From an uncultured Flavobacteriaceae bacterium (GTDB lineage: Bacteria > Pseudomonadota > Alphaproteobacteria > Micropepsales > Micropepsaceae), in assembly GCA_964638635.1 (NCBI GenBank), contig CAZXAQ010000003.1, positions 32,133 to 96,132 on the forward strand: DNA of 64,000 nucleotides. Direction: 5' to 3'. Below are positions 36,708 through 47,298 of this stretch, in pieces. Both the position numbers and the translations under genes were made by a program. Positions within the stretch are counted from its first letter, which is position 1, and each line of letters starts with the position of its first letter. The notes beneath the pieces are model-generated. The model did not search any database. It was not told where the DNA came from and saw only the letters and a program-made list of their open reading frames with translations.

Positions 36708-37453
36708 GCGCTCAGCCTTTGCATCAAGGCGCGCGCCGCCGCCTGCTCCGCCGAGCGTAAACTCAAGCCCTCACCCATCGCCGAATCGTGCCCCTTGACC
36801 GAAACCTCGACGGTGAAGCGCGGCGCGTGATCCGGTCCCTCGCGCCGCGACACCCGATAGGTCGGCGTGCCTAGCTTGCGCCCTTGCGCCCATTCCTGCA
36901 ACGCGTTCTTCGGATCGCGCAAATCGCCCGTGACTTCGCTCATCAAGGGCTGCCAGTGCTTCACGACGAACTTGCGCGCCGCCTCGATGCCGCCGTCGAG
37001 GTAAAGCGCGCCGATCACCGCCTCGCACGCATCGCCCAGGATCGCGGCCTTCTTGCGCCCGCCGGAGCGTTCCTCCGACGGTGCGAGGATGAGCTCCCGG
37101 TCGATGCCGGCAAGTTCCGCCACCCGCGCGCAGGTTTCCATCCGGACGAGCGCGTTCAGCTTCAGCGCCAGCGACCCTTCCTTCTCGTGCGGAAACTGCT
37201 CGATCAAAAGCTCCGAGATGATGAGCCCAAGCACGCGGTCGCCCAGGAACTCCAGCCGCTCGTTGTCCGCGCCGCCCGCGCTCGAATGCGTGAGCGCGCG
37301 CGTCAGCAGGCCCGCGCTCTTGAAGCGGCGCCCGAAGCGAACCGTGTTGGCCTTGCCGTCGCTCTTGCGCGCCTTAGCCGATGCTGTGGAAGAAGCGCCC
37401 GTAGCGGATTGCCGCCGGCCACTTCCAGAATTCCCAGATTTGCGCGCTACCAT
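36704..37453 (-). CDS. rnc: Ribonuclease III
   Basis: ERLEFLGDRVLGL catalytic signature plus a dsRBD. ATG at 37453 is the only ATG/GTG/TTG available. Confidence 0.95.
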   Translation of the reverse strand: MVARKSGNSGSGRRQSATGASSTASAKARKSDGKANTVRFGRRFKSAGLLTRALTHSSAGGADNERLEFLGDRVLGLIISELLIEQFPHEKEGSLALKLNALVRMETCARVAELAGIDRELILAPSEERSGGRKKAAILGDACEAVIGALYLDGGIEAARKFVVKHWQPLMSEVTGDLRDPKNALQEWAQGRKLGTPTYRVSRREGPDHAPRFTVEVSVKGHDSAMGEGLSLRSAEQAAARALMQRLSA

Positions 37454-38141
37454 CGGTCGAGAAAAAGATCATGTCGGCCCGGCCGACGAGGTTTTCTGCG
37501 GGAACAAATCCGACGCCGCTGTCCGGGATACGGCTGTCGTTCGAATTATCGCGGTTGTCGCCCATCATAAAGTAGTGGCCGGGCGGAACAACGAATTCCT
37601 GCGTGTTGTCCGCGCCCGGCTTATCGGGCTCGCGGTCCAAGATATAGTGCTGAACGCCGTTCGGCAGCGTCTCGCGATAGCGCGGTACGCGCTCCTCGCC
37701 GTAGGGCGTTTCCTGCACGAAATCGTCGACGCGCTCCAGCTTGCACGGCGAACCATTGATGTGCAGCACGCCGTCGATCATCTGAATACGGTCGCCGGGC
37801 AAGCCGACCACGCGCTTGATGTAGTCCTCCCACGGCCGCGCCGGCAGACGAAACACCGCGACGTCGCCGCGTTCGGGCTCCGCCGCCCACACGCGGCCGG
37901 AGAACATCTCGGGCGAGTACGGGAACGAGTGCTTGGAATAGCCGTACGAGAACTTCGTCACGAACAGATAGTCGCCGACCAGCAACGTGTCCTCCATCGA
38001 GGTGGAGGGAATGTTGAAGGGCTGAAACAGAAACGTCCGGATGATCACCGCAATCAGCAGCGCATAGGCGACGGTTTTAAGCGCCTCGAAAGGCCACGAC
38101 GCGCCCAGCCGTTCGTTGTCCATCAGGTCCCCTTCACGCAT
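37374..38141 (-). CDS. lepB: Signal peptidase I (copy 1)
   Basis: IPSTSMEDTL (catalytic Ser) and YIKRVVGLPGD (catalytic Lys). Confidence 0.95.
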   Translation of the reverse strand: MREGDLMDNERLGASWPFEALKTVAYALLIAVIIRTFLFQPFNIPSTSMEDTLLVGDYLFVTKFSYGYSKHSFPYSPEMFSGRVWAAEPERGDVAVFRLPARPWEDYIKRVVGLPGDRIQMIDGVLHINGSPCKLERVDDFVQETPYGEERVPRYRETLPNGVQHYILDREPDKPGADNTQEFVVPPGHYFMMGDNRDNSNDSRIPDSGVGFVPAENLVGRADMIFFSTDGSAQIWEFWKWPAAIRYGRFFHSIG

Positions 38142-38166
38142 CGGTCCAGGACCGCAGCAGCCGCGC

Positions 38167-38934
38167 TCAGTCGATCAGATTCAGCATGCGGCTGTAGCGG
38201 ATGGCGAACGGCCACTTCCACACTTCCCACAGCTGCGCCGACCCGTCGTGCGAAAAGAACACCAACTCCGCGCGCCCGACCAGATTCTGCTCCGGCACGA
38301 AGCCCACGCTGCCGCGGCTGTCGTTCGAGTTGTCGCGGTTGTCGCCCATCATGAAGTATTTCCCGGGCGGCACTTTGAACTCTTCCGTCTCGTCCATCTG
38401 TCCGACTTCGTCACGCTTTAGGATGATATGCTTCACCCCGTTGGGTAGCGTTTCGTAGAAGCGCCGGACATGAACTTCGCTGCCGTCCTCCGCGATCTCC
38501 ACGCGGTCGTCCGTCCGTTCCAACTTCACCGGCGCGCCGTTGATGTGCAGCAGGCCGTCGATCATCTGAACGCGATCGCCCGGCAACCCGATGACGCGCT
38601 TGATGTAGTCCTGGGTCGGATCGGGCGGGTAGCGGAACACGACGACGTCGCCGCGCTCGGCCGGCCGGTCCATCACGCGGCCCGCAAACGCGACTGGCGT
38701 GAAGAACGGAAACGAATACTGCGAATAGCCGTATGTGAACTTCGACACGAACAGGTAGTCGCCGATTTCGAGCGTGCCTTCCATCGACGACGACGGAATG
38801 CGGAACGGCTGAAACAGCAGCGTCGGCATGAACAGAAAGAAGAACGCCGCGATGCCGAGCGTCTTGTAGGTCTCGACAGCCACGTTCGTGCGCCACCACG
38901 GCTTCTCAGTCTCGGACGTCATACGCGTTCCCAT
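38167..38934 (-). CDS. lepB: Signal peptidase I (copy 2, tandem paralogue)
   Basis: IPSSSMEGTL and YIKRVIGLPGD. Start uncertain (TTG 38982, ATG 38934 or ATG 38922). Confidence 0.93.
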   Translation of the reverse strand: MGTRMTSETEKPWWRTNVAVETYKTLGIAAFFFLFMPTLLFQPFRIPSSSMEGTLEIGDYLFVSKFTYGYSQYSFPFFTPVAFAGRVMDRPAERGDVVVFRYPPDPTQDYIKRVIGLPGDRVQMIDGLLHINGAPVKLERTDDRVEIAEDGSEVHVRRFYETLPNGVKHIILKRDEVGQMDETEEFKVPPGKYFMMGDNRDNSNDSRGSVGFVPEQNLVGRAELVFFSHDGSAQLWEVWKWPFAIRYSRMLNLID

Positions 38935-39037
38935 GCAAAACTCGAGCCCATCAGAGATGAGGTTTCGGCGCAAAACTGTCAATTCGCCAGGTGTTACAGC
39001 CCGTTAACAACCGCACGGATAACCGCCGAAAACGGCG

Positions 39038-39448
39038 TCACTGAGGCAAATCTGCCGGGACCGCCGAAATGATCACAATCGCTTGGGCCAGCGGGAAATC
39101 GTCCGTAATCGACAGGTCGATCTGCGCCCGCATGCCCTTTGGTGTTATCTCCGCCAGCCGCGCCGCCGCCCCACCCGTCAGCGCCATCGTGGGCTTGCCC
39201 GAGCGCATATTCACGACGCCCAGGTCGCGCCAATAGACGCTTTTGCGAAAACCGGTGCCCAACGCCTTGGAACACGCCTCCTTCGCCGCAAAGCGCTTCG
39301 CATAGGACGCCGCGCGATTCTTCCGCCCCTCCGACTTGCGCTGCTCGACCTCGGTGAACAACCGCTGCACGAATCTGTCGCCGAACTTCTCCAGTGTGGC
39401 TTCGATGCGCCGGATGTCGATCAAGTCGCTGCCGATACCGATGATCAT
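39038..39448 (-). CDS. acpS: Holo-[acyl-carrier-protein] synthase
   Basis: [16 protein letters not shown]...[18 protein letters not shown] at 39448 overlaps the pdxJ stop. Confidence 0.92.
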   Translation of the reverse strand: MIIGIGSDLIDIRRIEATLEKFGDRFVQRLFTEVEQRKSEGRKNRAASYAKRFAAKEACSKALGTGFRKSVYWRDLGVVNMRSGKPTMALTGGAAARLAEITPKGMRAQIDLSITDDFPLAQAIVIISAVPADLPQ

Positions 39449-40209
39449 GCGAACTGCGCCCCGCCACCGCCGCGCGCTTCGTCCATCAACTGCCGCATCC
39501 GCCGGATCGACGCGTCGAATCCGGTGAAGATCGCCTCGCCGACCAGGAAGTGCCCGATGTTGAGTTCGACGATTTCCGGGATCGCCGCAACCGGCCCAAC
39601 CGTCTCGAAACTGAGCCCATGTCCCGCATGCACTTCGAGCCCCAACCGCACCGCTTCCTTCGCACCCGCTTTCAACCGCGCCAAAATCTTGTCCCGCTCG
39701 GCGAAGTCGCCATGCGCATGCGCCTCGCAATAGGCACCGGTGTGCAACTCGACGACATGCGCGCCAAGCGCCTTCGCGACCGCAAGCTGCACGGGGTTCG
39801 CTTCCACAAACAGCGACACACGAATTTTCGCCGCAGCGAGTTCACGCACGAACGGCGCCAAGTGATTGTGCCCCGCCGCAACGTCGAGCCCGCCCTCCGT
39901 CGTGCGCTCCTCGCGCCGTTCCGGCACCAGACACACCGCATGCGGCTTGTGCCTGAGCGCGATCGTCAGCATCTCCTCCGTCGCCGCCATCTCGAGATTG
40001 AGTGGCTTGTCGATCTCGCGCGCCAGCCGCTCGATATCCTCGTCGCTAATGTGCCGCCGGTCCTCGCGCAGATGCGCCGTGATGCCGTCAGCGCCGGCAC
40101 CCACCGCCATCTGCGCCGCGCGGAGCGGATCGGGATGCTTGCCGCCACGCGCATTCCGGATGGTCGCGACGTGGTCGATGTTCACGCCAAGGCGCAGGTG
40201 CCGGCTCAT
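39445..40209 (-). CDS. pdxJ: Pyridoxine 5'-phosphate synthase
   Basis: [21 protein letters not shown] and the HLREDRRHI motif. Confidence 0.95.
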   Translation of the reverse strand: MSRHLRLGVNIDHVATIRNARGGKHPDPLRAAQMAVGAGADGITAHLREDRRHISDEDIERLAREIDKPLNLEMAATEEMLTIALRHKPHAVCLVPERREERTTEGGLDVAAGHNHLAPFVRELAAAKIRVSLFVEANPVQLAVAKALGAHVVELHTGAYCEAHAHGDFAERDKILARLKAGAKEAVRLGLEVHAGHGLSFETVGPVAAIPEIVELNIGHFLVGEAIFTGFDASIRRMRQLMDEARGGGGAQFA

Positions 40210-40796
40210 TTCAATCCCCTACTCCCGGGCTTCACCGCCGGCGTCCCCGCGAGATGCTTCGGCAGCTTGTCCGCTTCCCACGACGCTACCTTAATGCGCG
40301 CGAGTGGAATGAACGGCACATCGAACTTCGCCGCACCGCCGGACCGGTCGATCAGCGCCGCCAACGCCAACACCTTCGCGCCGGTCTTCTGCACCGCCTC
40401 GATGCACTCACGCGACGACAGCCCCGTGGACACGACGTCCTCGACGATCACCACATTCATCGTCTCATCGAGATGAAAATTTCGGCGAAGCTGAAACACG
40501 CCGTCCTGCCGCTCGACGAACATCGCGGGCAATCCCAGATGCCGCGCCGTCTCGTAGCCCGGAATAATCCCGCCGACCGCGGGCGAGACGATCGCATCAA
40601 CGCGCTTCTTCACCTTCGTCTTGATCAACCCGGCCAGCGCCTTGCACAGCTTCGCCGTCCGCTTCGGATACTGAAACACCAACGCCTTCTGCAGAAACGT
40701 GTCCGAGTGCCGGCCCGACGAGAGAATAAAATGTCCTTTGAGCAGTGCGCCCGCTTTCTGAAATTCGCCAAGCACTTGTTCAGGCGTCATGAGCAA
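40206..40796 (-). CDS. pyrE: Orotate phosphoribosyltransferase
   Basis: PRPP-binding loop [15 protein letters not shown]-terminal [12 protein letters not shown]. Confidence 0.88.
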   Translation of the reverse strand: MLMTPEQVLGEFQKAGALLKGHFILSSGRHSDTFLQKALVFQYPKRTAKLCKALAGLIKTKVKKRVDAIVSPAVGGIIPGYETARHLGLPAMFVERQDGVFQLRRNFHLDETMNVVIVEDVVSTGLSSRECIEAVQKTGAKVLALAALIDRSGGAAKFDVPFIPLARIKVASWEADKLPKHLAGTPAVKPGSRGLK

Positions 40797-42948
40797 TCAG
40801 TTCTCCGTGTGGCCGGTCGACGGCGTTGATGGAAGGCGAGGCACGCAAGCCCGTCACGATGTCGGCCAAATGCTTCGCATCCCGCACCTCGACATCGACG
40901 AGCATGTCGAACACCAACGGCGCACGTCCCACGATCTTCAAGTTCGTGATGTTGCCGCCATGCTGCGCGATCGAGTTGCACATATTGGCGAGCGCCCCGG
41001 CCTCGTTGTTGACGGCGACTTTCAGCCGCCCGACCTGCACCTCGTTCGCCGCATCGGGCGACCATTTGAGGTCGAGCCATCGGTCCAAATGCTCCTGCTG
41101 AGCCGCAAGCTGGTCGCAATCGATCGTGTGCACCACAACGCCCTGGCCCTGCGTAATCACGCCGACAATGCGGTCGCCGACGAGCGGCTGGCAGCACGGC
41201 GCCAAATGATAGCCGAGCCCCGCAGCCAGGCCTTCGATCGGAATCGCGTTACGCTTCGACGGTTTGCGCGTGATCCAGCTTGTCCAGCTGGTGAGTGGCG
41301 ACTCGTCCCCTTTGAGACCGGGAAACACCGCCTTCACGACGTCCGCCGCGCTGACCAAACCTTCTGCCAGATGCGCATAGACATCCTCGGCCTTCGCGAG
41401 CTTCAGCTTCTTCAGCGCCGCCGTCAGCGACTTCTCCGAGAACTCCTGCCCCGCATCGCGGAACGCCTTCTCCAGGATCGCGCGGCCCATCCGCTGATGT
41501 TCGAGCTTCTCGGCGTTCTTCAAGAACCGCCGGATCGCCGAACGCGCCTTGCCGGTCACGACCATCTGCTCCCAAACCGCAGACGGTCCCTGCTTCGGCG
41601 AGCGGATGATCTCGACGCTGTTGCCGTTCTTGAGCTTCGTCGACAGCGGCACGTGCCGCCCGTCGATCTTCGCACCCACGCACGTGTCGCCGACGTCGGT
41701 GTGCACCGCGTAGGCAAAGTCGATCGGCGTCGCGCCCCGCGGCAGCGCGATGAGCGCACCCTTCGGCGTGAAACAGAACACCTGATCGTGGAAGAGCTCA
41801 AGCCGCGTGTGAAGCAAAAACTCTTCCGGCGTATCGCCCACCTTTAGCGATTCGATCAGCGACCGCAGCGACTCATAGGCATCGATACTCGCAAGCGGCT
41901 GCCCGCTGTTCAGCTTGTCCTTATAGCTCCAATGCGCCGCAATCCCGCGCTCGGCGATTTCGTGCATTTCCTCGGTACGGATTTGCAACTCGATACGCTG
42001 GTTCTCCGGCCCCACGATCTCGGTGTGCAGCGAACGGTAATTGTTCGTCTTGGGGAGCGAAATGTAATCCTTGAACCGCCCCGGCACATGCCGCCACGTG
42101 GAGTGAATAACGCCGAGCGCCCGGTAGCAGTCCTCGACCGAGTTCACGACGACCCGTAGCGCGAAAATGTCGGAGAGCTGATCGAACGTCTGCTCCTTCT
42201 CCTCCATCTTGCGCCAAATCGAGTACGGCTTCTTCTCCCGCCCGCTAACCTCGGCCTCGATCCCATATTCGGACAGCTTGCGCTTCAGCGTTTGCGACAG
42301 GCGCTCGGTCACAGCGCTGGTCTTCTTGCGGAACTCGGCCAGCCGGTTCATCACCGACATGCGCATATCGGGATTGATTTCCTCGAAGGCAAGATCTTCG
42401 AGTTCGTCGCGGAAATTCTGCATCCCCATGCGGCCCGCTAGCGGCGCGTAGATTTCCATCGTCTCGGTCGCAATGCGTTTGCGCCGGTCTTCCTTCTTTA
42501 TCGACTTCAACGTGCGCATGTTGTGCAGACGGTCGGCGAGCTTGACGAGCAGCACCCGCACGTCGTGGCTCATCGCCAGCATGAACTTGCGGAAATTCTC
42601 CGCCTGCTTCGTCTCTTCCGATTGAATCTCAAGCTTCGAAAGCTTCGTGACGCCGTCGACGAGACCCGCGATCTCACGCCCGAACTGCTTCTCGATCTCT
42701 TCGAACGTGGCGCCCGTGTCCTCGATCGTGTCGTGCAGCAGCGCGGTGACGATCGTGGCTTCGTCCAAATTGAGGTCGGTCAGAATGCCGGCGACCTCCA
42801 GCGGATGCGAAAAATACGGATCGCCCGAGTCGCGCTTCTGATTGCCGTGCGCCTTGATGCCGAACACGTAAGCGCGGTTCAGCAAATCCTCGTCCGCATC
42901 GGGCGAGTACGCTTTGACCCGTTCGACGAGTTCGAACTGCCGCATCAT
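40780..42948 (-). CDS. spoT: Bifunctional (p)ppGpp synthetase/hydrolase (RelA/SpoT homologue)
   Basis: HD domain (HPLEVAGIL..LHDTIEDT), synthetase YRSLHT, and TGS and ACT regions. Confidence 0.95.
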   Translation of the reverse strand: MMRQFELVERVKAYSPDADEDLLNRAYVFGIKAHGNQKRDSGDPYFSHPLEVAGILTDLNLDEATIVTALLHDTIEDTGATFEEIEKQFGREIAGLVDGVTKLSKLEIQSEETKQAENFRKFMLAMSHDVRVLLVKLADRLHNMRTLKSIKKEDRRKRIATETMEIYAPLAGRMGMQNFRDELEDLAFEEINPDMRMSVMNRLAEFRKKTSAVTERLSQTLKRKLSEYGIEAEVSGREKKPYSIWRKMEEKEQTFDQLSDIFALRVVVNSVEDCYRALGVIHSTWRHVPGRFKDYISLPKTNNYRSLHTEIVGPENQRIELQIRTEEMHEIAERGIAAHWSYKDKLNSGQPLASIDAYESLRSLIESLKVGDTPEEFLLHTRLELFHDQVFCFTPKGALIALPRGATPIDFAYAVHTDVGDTCVGAKIDGRHVPLSTKLKNGNSVEIIRSPKQGPSAVWEQMVVTGKARSAIRRFLKNAEKLEHQRMGRAILEKAFRDAGQEFSEKSLTAALKKLKLAKAEDVYAHLAEGLVSAADVVKAVFPGLKGDESPLTSWTSWITRKPSKRNAIPIEGLAAGLGYHLAPCCQPLVGDRIVGVITQGQGVVVHTIDCDQLAAQQEHLDRWLDLKWSPDAANEVQVGRLKVAVNNEAGALANMCNSIAQHGGNITNLKIVGRAPLVFDMLVDVEVRDAKHLADIVTGLRASPSINAVDRPHGELIAHDA

Positions 42949-43035
42949 GGGACGAAACTCCTCATGACGCGGCGCATATCTTGGAGAACCGAAAGCCGCC
43001 CCTTCGGCGGCACAAGGACAGCCAGCTTGCCTGGT

Positions 43036-43422
43036 TTAAACGTCCCCTTCGTCAACCTCTTCCACCACCTCTGGCCGCTTCACGTCGGAGTCGGCGCGCA
43101 TCGCGCGCGCGTATTCGGCCTCAGAAATGTTCGAGAATTCCGGAGCGTCGGCGGCTTCTGCCATCGCGGCCTTCTCGGCCTCCGGCTCGTCGGTTTCGAT
43201 GTGGCGTTGCAGGCTGAGCAGGAACTCTTCGCGAAGTCCCTCGGGCTTCATCTTCGTCGCCGCAATTTCGCGCAGCGCGACGACCGGGTTCTTGTCGTTG
43301 TCGCGGTCGACGGTCAGCGCCGAACCCGACGTGATCGAACGGGCACGATGCGCGGCCAACAGAACCAGCTCAAAGCGGTTCGGGATTTTGTCGACGCAAT
43401 CTTCAACGGTAACGCGAGCCAT
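43036..43422 (-). CDS. rpoZ: DNA-directed RNA polymerase subunit omega
   Basis: [28 protein letters not shown]. Confidence 0.95.
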   Translation of the reverse strand: MARVTVEDCVDKIPNRFELVLLAAHRARSITSGSALTVDRDNDKNPVVALREIAATKMKPEGLREEFLLSLQRHIETDEPEAEKAAMAEAADAPEFSNISEAEYARAMRADSDVKRPEVVEEVDEGDV

Positions 43423-43504
43423 CGGGCGCGAGAGTCCTTCGCATGAGGGTGAGAAAGAAAATTAGCGTGCTGCGCCTGCGAAAACAAGGGCAAAACCGCA
43501 GATT

Positions 43505-43996
43505 TCAGGCCTCTTCGAGCCGTTCGAGCCCCGCCTCCCCAACATTTCCGAGGAGCGCGAGTACGCCCTCCCCCGTGTCAGGATGTCGCCAGGAAGGCGC
43601 GATGTCCGCCAGCGGCCTCAACACGAACGCCCGCTCGTGCAGCCTGGGATGCGGCAACATCAACTGCTCCACGTCGCTCGCGAGGCCGCCATAGTCGATC
43701 AGATCGAGGTCGAGCGTGCGCGGCTCATTGCGCGATTTGCGCACCCGCCCAAACGCCTTCTCGATCGCCATCAACGCCTTCAAGAGTTCGCCCGGTAACA
43801 GCTGCGTCTTAACCTCGGCAACCGCGTTCACGAACGGCGGATCGGCCGGATTGGGCCACGCCGGCGTCCGATAGAACGGCGACACCGCCACGACCTCGAT
43901 CCCATGCCGCGGCATTACCGCGAGCGCGCGCCGCAGTGTCACCGCGGGCGGTCCCACGGGGGAGGGCATGTTCGCGCCCAAAGCCAGGTAAATCAT
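43505..43996 (-). CDS. folK: 2-amino-4-hydroxy-6-hydroxymethyldihydropteridine diphosphokinase
   Basis: IYLALGAN...RTLDLDLI...LPHPRLHERAFVL. Confidence 0.9.
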   Translation of the reverse strand: MIYLALGANMPSPVGPPAVTLRRALAVMPRHGIEVVAVSPFYRTPAWPNPADPPFVNAVAEVKTQLLPGELLKALMAIEKAFGRVRKSRNEPRTLDLDLIDYGGLASDVEQLMLPHPRLHERAFVLRPLADIAPSWRHPDTGEGVLALLGNVGEAGLERLEEA

Positions 43997-44089
43997 GGGT
44001 TTGCTTTCACCATAGTGTGTGGATTCAAGCGATTTTCACTCGGACTGGAAAGTGCAATAGTTAGGGCGGGGGACCTTGGGGGACATCAC

Positions 44090-45496
44090 TTGATCAACGC
44101 ACGCGTTCTAGCTGCCTGTTTAGCGGCTGCCTTGCTAGTCACCGGCTGCGCCACGACGGCCGCGGAAACACCCGCCGTTACGCGGCCGAAACTCGACCCC
44201 AAGGCCGACGCCAATCCGTTCCCGTCGACGTACAAGCCGCTCCCATCGACGCCGACCGCCTTCGTCGGCGCGACGATCTTCACCGGCACCGGCGACAAGA
44301 TCGAGAACGGCACGCTGCTGATGAAAGACGGCAAGATCGAAGCCGTCGGCGCGAACGTCGCCGTCCCGGCGGGCTACACGGTGATCGACGCCAAGGGCAA
44401 ATACATAACGCCGGGCATCATCGACGCGCACTCGCACTTGGGCGTCTACGCACAGCCGGGCGGTCAAGCGCTCTCCGACGGCAACGAAGCGACCAGTCCG
44501 AACACCGCCGAAGTCTGGGCCGAACACTCGATCTGGCCGCAGGACGAAGGCTTCAACGCCGTGCGCCGCGGCGGCGTGACGTCGATGCTGATTTTGCCGG
44601 GCTCGGCGAACCTGTTCGGCGGCCGCTCGGTCACGCTGAAAAACGTGCCGTCGACCACGATGCAAGGCATGAAGTTTCCCGGCGCCCCCTACGGCCTCAA
44701 AATGGCCTGTGGCGAAAACCCGAAACGGGTCTACGGCACCAAGAATCAGCAACCGTCGACGCGCATGGGTAACGTCGCGGGCTATCGCAAAGCGTGGCTT
44801 GAAGCGGCGAAATACGCGAAGAAGTGGGAGGCCTATTACGCCAGCGAAGGCAAAGGCGAAGCGCCCGACCGCGACCTGAAACTCGACACGCTGGCCGGCG
44901 TTTTGAACGGCGAGATCCTGGTCGAGAACCATTGCTACCGCGCCGACGAAATGGCGATCATGATCGATATCGCCAAGGAGTTCGGCTACAAGATCGCGGC
45001 CTTCCACCACGGTTCCGAGGCCTACAAGGTCGCCGACCTTCTGGCAAAAGAGGGCATCTGCGTCGCCACCTGGGCGGGCTGGTGGGGCTTCAAGATGGAA
45101 TCGATCGACGGCATCGAAGAAAATGCAGCCCTCGTGCACGCGGCCGGCGGCTGTGCGGTCATTCACTCCGACGACCCGATCCTCTCACAGCGCCTGAACC
45201 AGGAAGCGGCGGCCGCGCTCGCGGCCGGCCGGCGCCACGGGCTCAACATCTCCGACGCCGAAGCGATCAAATGGATCACCGCCAATCCGGCGAAGATGAT
45301 GGGCATCGCCGATAAGACCGGCTCGCTCGAAGCCGGCAAAATGGCGGACGTCGTTTTGTGGAACGCAAACCCGCTCTCGATCTATGCGAAGACCGAGAAA
45401 GTCTTTATCGACGGCGCGCTGATGTACGACCGCAACGACAAGAAATACCAACCGAAATCCGACTTCATGCTCGGCCAACCGAAGGGAGGCGAATAA
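44090..45496 (+). CDS. Amidohydrolase-family lipoprotein
   Basis: TTG at 44090 gives the lipobox LLVTGC. Metal-binding GIIDAHSH. The longer track ORF start overlaps folK and was rejected. Confidence 0.8.
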   Translation: MINARVLAACLAAALLVTGCATTAAETPAVTRPKLDPKADANPFPSTYKPLPSTPTAFVGATIFTGTGDKIENGTLLMKDGKIEAVGANVAVPAGYTVIDAKGKYITPGIIDAHSHLGVYAQPGGQALSDGNEATSPNTAEVWAEHSIWPQDEGFNAVRRGGVTSMLILPGSANLFGGRSVTLKNVPSTTMQGMKFPGAPYGLKMACGENPKRVYGTKNQQPSTRMGNVAGYRKAWLEAAKYAKKWEAYYASEGKGEAPDRDLKLDTLAGVLNGEILVENHCYRADEMAIMIDIAKEFGYKIAAFHHGSEAYKVADLLAKEGICVATWAGWWGFKMESIDGIEENAALVHAAGGCAVIHSDDPILSQRLNQEAAAALAAGRRHGLNISDAEAIKWITANPAKMMGIADKTGSLEAGKMADVVLWNANPLSIYAKTEKVFIDGALMYDRNDKKYQPKSDFMLGQPKGGE

Positions 45497-46779
45497 TGAC
45501 CCGCTTCGCCATCCTCAGCCTTGTCGCCCTGATCTTCGCGCAGGCCGCCGCGGCCGACACTGTCGCGATCACGAACGCACGCATCCACACGATGAGCCGC
45601 GCCGGCGACGTTCAAGGCACCGTGCTCATCCACAACGGCTGGGTCGCCCAAGTCGGCCCCCGCGTGCGCGTCCCCGCAAACGCGACCGTGATCGACGCGA
45701 AGGGCGGCGAGGTCACGCCGGGCTTCTTCGTGGTCGGCACGAACTTGGGCGCGGTCGAAGTCGACCTCGTCAAGGAAACGAACGACAACGCGACCGCGAA
45801 CTCGAGCTTGAGCGCCGCGTTCAACATCGCCTACGGCATCGACCCGAACTCCGTCGTCATTCCCGTCGCCCGCCTCGGCGGCGTGACGCGCGCACTGGTG
45901 ACGCCGTCCTACGCCGATGGCGAAGACCGCGAACTCCTGTTCGCGGGCCAAGCCGCCGTCATCACGCTGGCGGAAGGCGCAAACCCGGTGACACGCGCGC
46001 GCGTCGCACAAGTGCTCGAACTGGGTGAGAGTGGTGCCGCCCGCGCCGGCGGCGGCCGCGGCTCCGCGATCACGGCTCTGCGCGCCGACCTCGACGACGT
46101 GCGCTGGTACGCGCGCCGCCGTGGCGCCTACAACAGCGGCGGCACCCGCGAACTGCGCTTCACAAAGGCCGACCTCGACGCGCTCGTCCCCGTCGTGCGC
46201 GGCCGCATGCCGCTGATCGTCGGCGTCCACCGCGCCGCCGACATCCGCGAAGTGCTGAAACTCGCGCGCGAGTACCGCCTGAAGATCGTGCTCGCCGGCG
46301 CCGAGGAAGGCTGGATGGTGGCCGATGAAATCGCCCGCGCCCGCGTGCCGGCGCTGCTGAACCCGACCGCGAACCTGCCGTCGAGCTTCGAAGCCCGCGG
46401 CTCGACCATGGAAAACGCCGCAAGGCTGCACGCCGCCGGCGTCACGATCGCAATCGCCAACGGCGACGGCGGCCACCGCGCCCGCGAGGCGCGCTACAAC
46501 GCCGGCAACGCAGTGGCCCACGGCCTACCGCACAACGCGGCCCTGGCCGCGCTCACGATCAACCCCGCCCGCATCTTCGGTGAAACCAAAGTGGGCTCCA
46601 TCGAACGCGGCAGGCAGGCCGACATCGTCGTGTGGACCGGCGACCCGCTCGAACCCGCGAGCCAACCGATCGCGATCCTGATCAAAGGCGCGCTGCAGCC
46701 GATGGACTCCCGCGCCGAGGAACTGGCAAAGCGCTACCGCACCCTGGGCACTCCCTACCCGCCTGCATATCGAGATTAG
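45496..46779 (+). CDS. Amidohydrolase-family protein (secreted)
   Basis: ATG at 45496 overlaps the upstream stop (TAATG). Signal peptide MTRFAILSLVALIFAQAAAA. Confidence 0.8.
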   Translation: MTRFAILSLVALIFAQAAAADTVAITNARIHTMSRAGDVQGTVLIHNGWVAQVGPRVRVPANATVIDAKGGEVTPGFFVVGTNLGAVEVDLVKETNDNATANSSLSAAFNIAYGIDPNSVVIPVARLGGVTRALVTPSYADGEDRELLFAGQAAVITLAEGANPVTRARVAQVLELGESGAARAGGGRGSAITALRADLDDVRWYARRRGAYNSGGTRELRFTKADLDALVPVVRGRMPLIVGVHRAADIREVLKLAREYRLKIVLAGAEEGWMVADEIARARVPALLNPTANLPSSFEARGSTMENAARLHAAGVTIAIANGDGGHRAREARYNAGNAVAHGLPHNAALAALTINPARIFGETKVGSIERGRQADIVVWTGDPLEPASQPIAILIKGALQPMDSRAEELAKRYRTLGTPYPPAYRD

Positions 46780-46858
46780 CCTCGCCCAAACAAAATCTTC
46801 ATGGACGGGCTTGACCCAGCCATGACGCCTTTTGAGGTCGAGGGTTATGTCCCCACGA

Positions 46859-47298
46859 TTAATTCAGTGCATACGCAACATGCACCTTCATGCGCCGATC
46901 CGCGGGAAGCTTCGCCACATCCGCCGGCGCATAGCGCCACTGGCGCACGGCCTCAGCCGTCACCTGCTCGAACACGCCCTTCGGCTCGCTCTCGAGCACG
47001 CAGGCGGAGGCAAGCCGGCCATCGGCCTCCAACGAAACCAAGAGATCGACGGAGCCTCCGGCCGCAGTTTTGACGGCCGGGTCCTTCGGGATCACGAACA
47101 CGCTCGGATTGAACGTGGATGCCGCCTCATCGCGAAACGCCGCGCGCTCCGCGTCCGTGCACCACAACGCGTCGTCAGCGCTCGCGGACAACGCCGCGAA
47201 CACCAACGCGCTCAGTGATAACGAAAACGCCCTCAGTGCCCGCTCGACGGATAGGCAAACCGCCGCCAGGTCGAAACGTTGCGGTCGAACGGCGCCCA
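46859..47298 (-). CDS. TonB C-terminal-domain-like protein (start uncertain)
   Basis: C-terminal ...GRLASACVLESEPKGVFEQVTAEAVRQWRYAP resembles a TonB_C domain. ATG at 47298 overlaps the upstream gene. Confidence 0.5.

Noticed and set aside
43904-44089. Upstream extension of the amidohydrolase ORF overlapping folK
   Set aside because: It is antisense to the folK 5' end and lacks a signal peptide. The in-frame TTG at 44090 yields a proper lipoprotein signal (LLVTGC).
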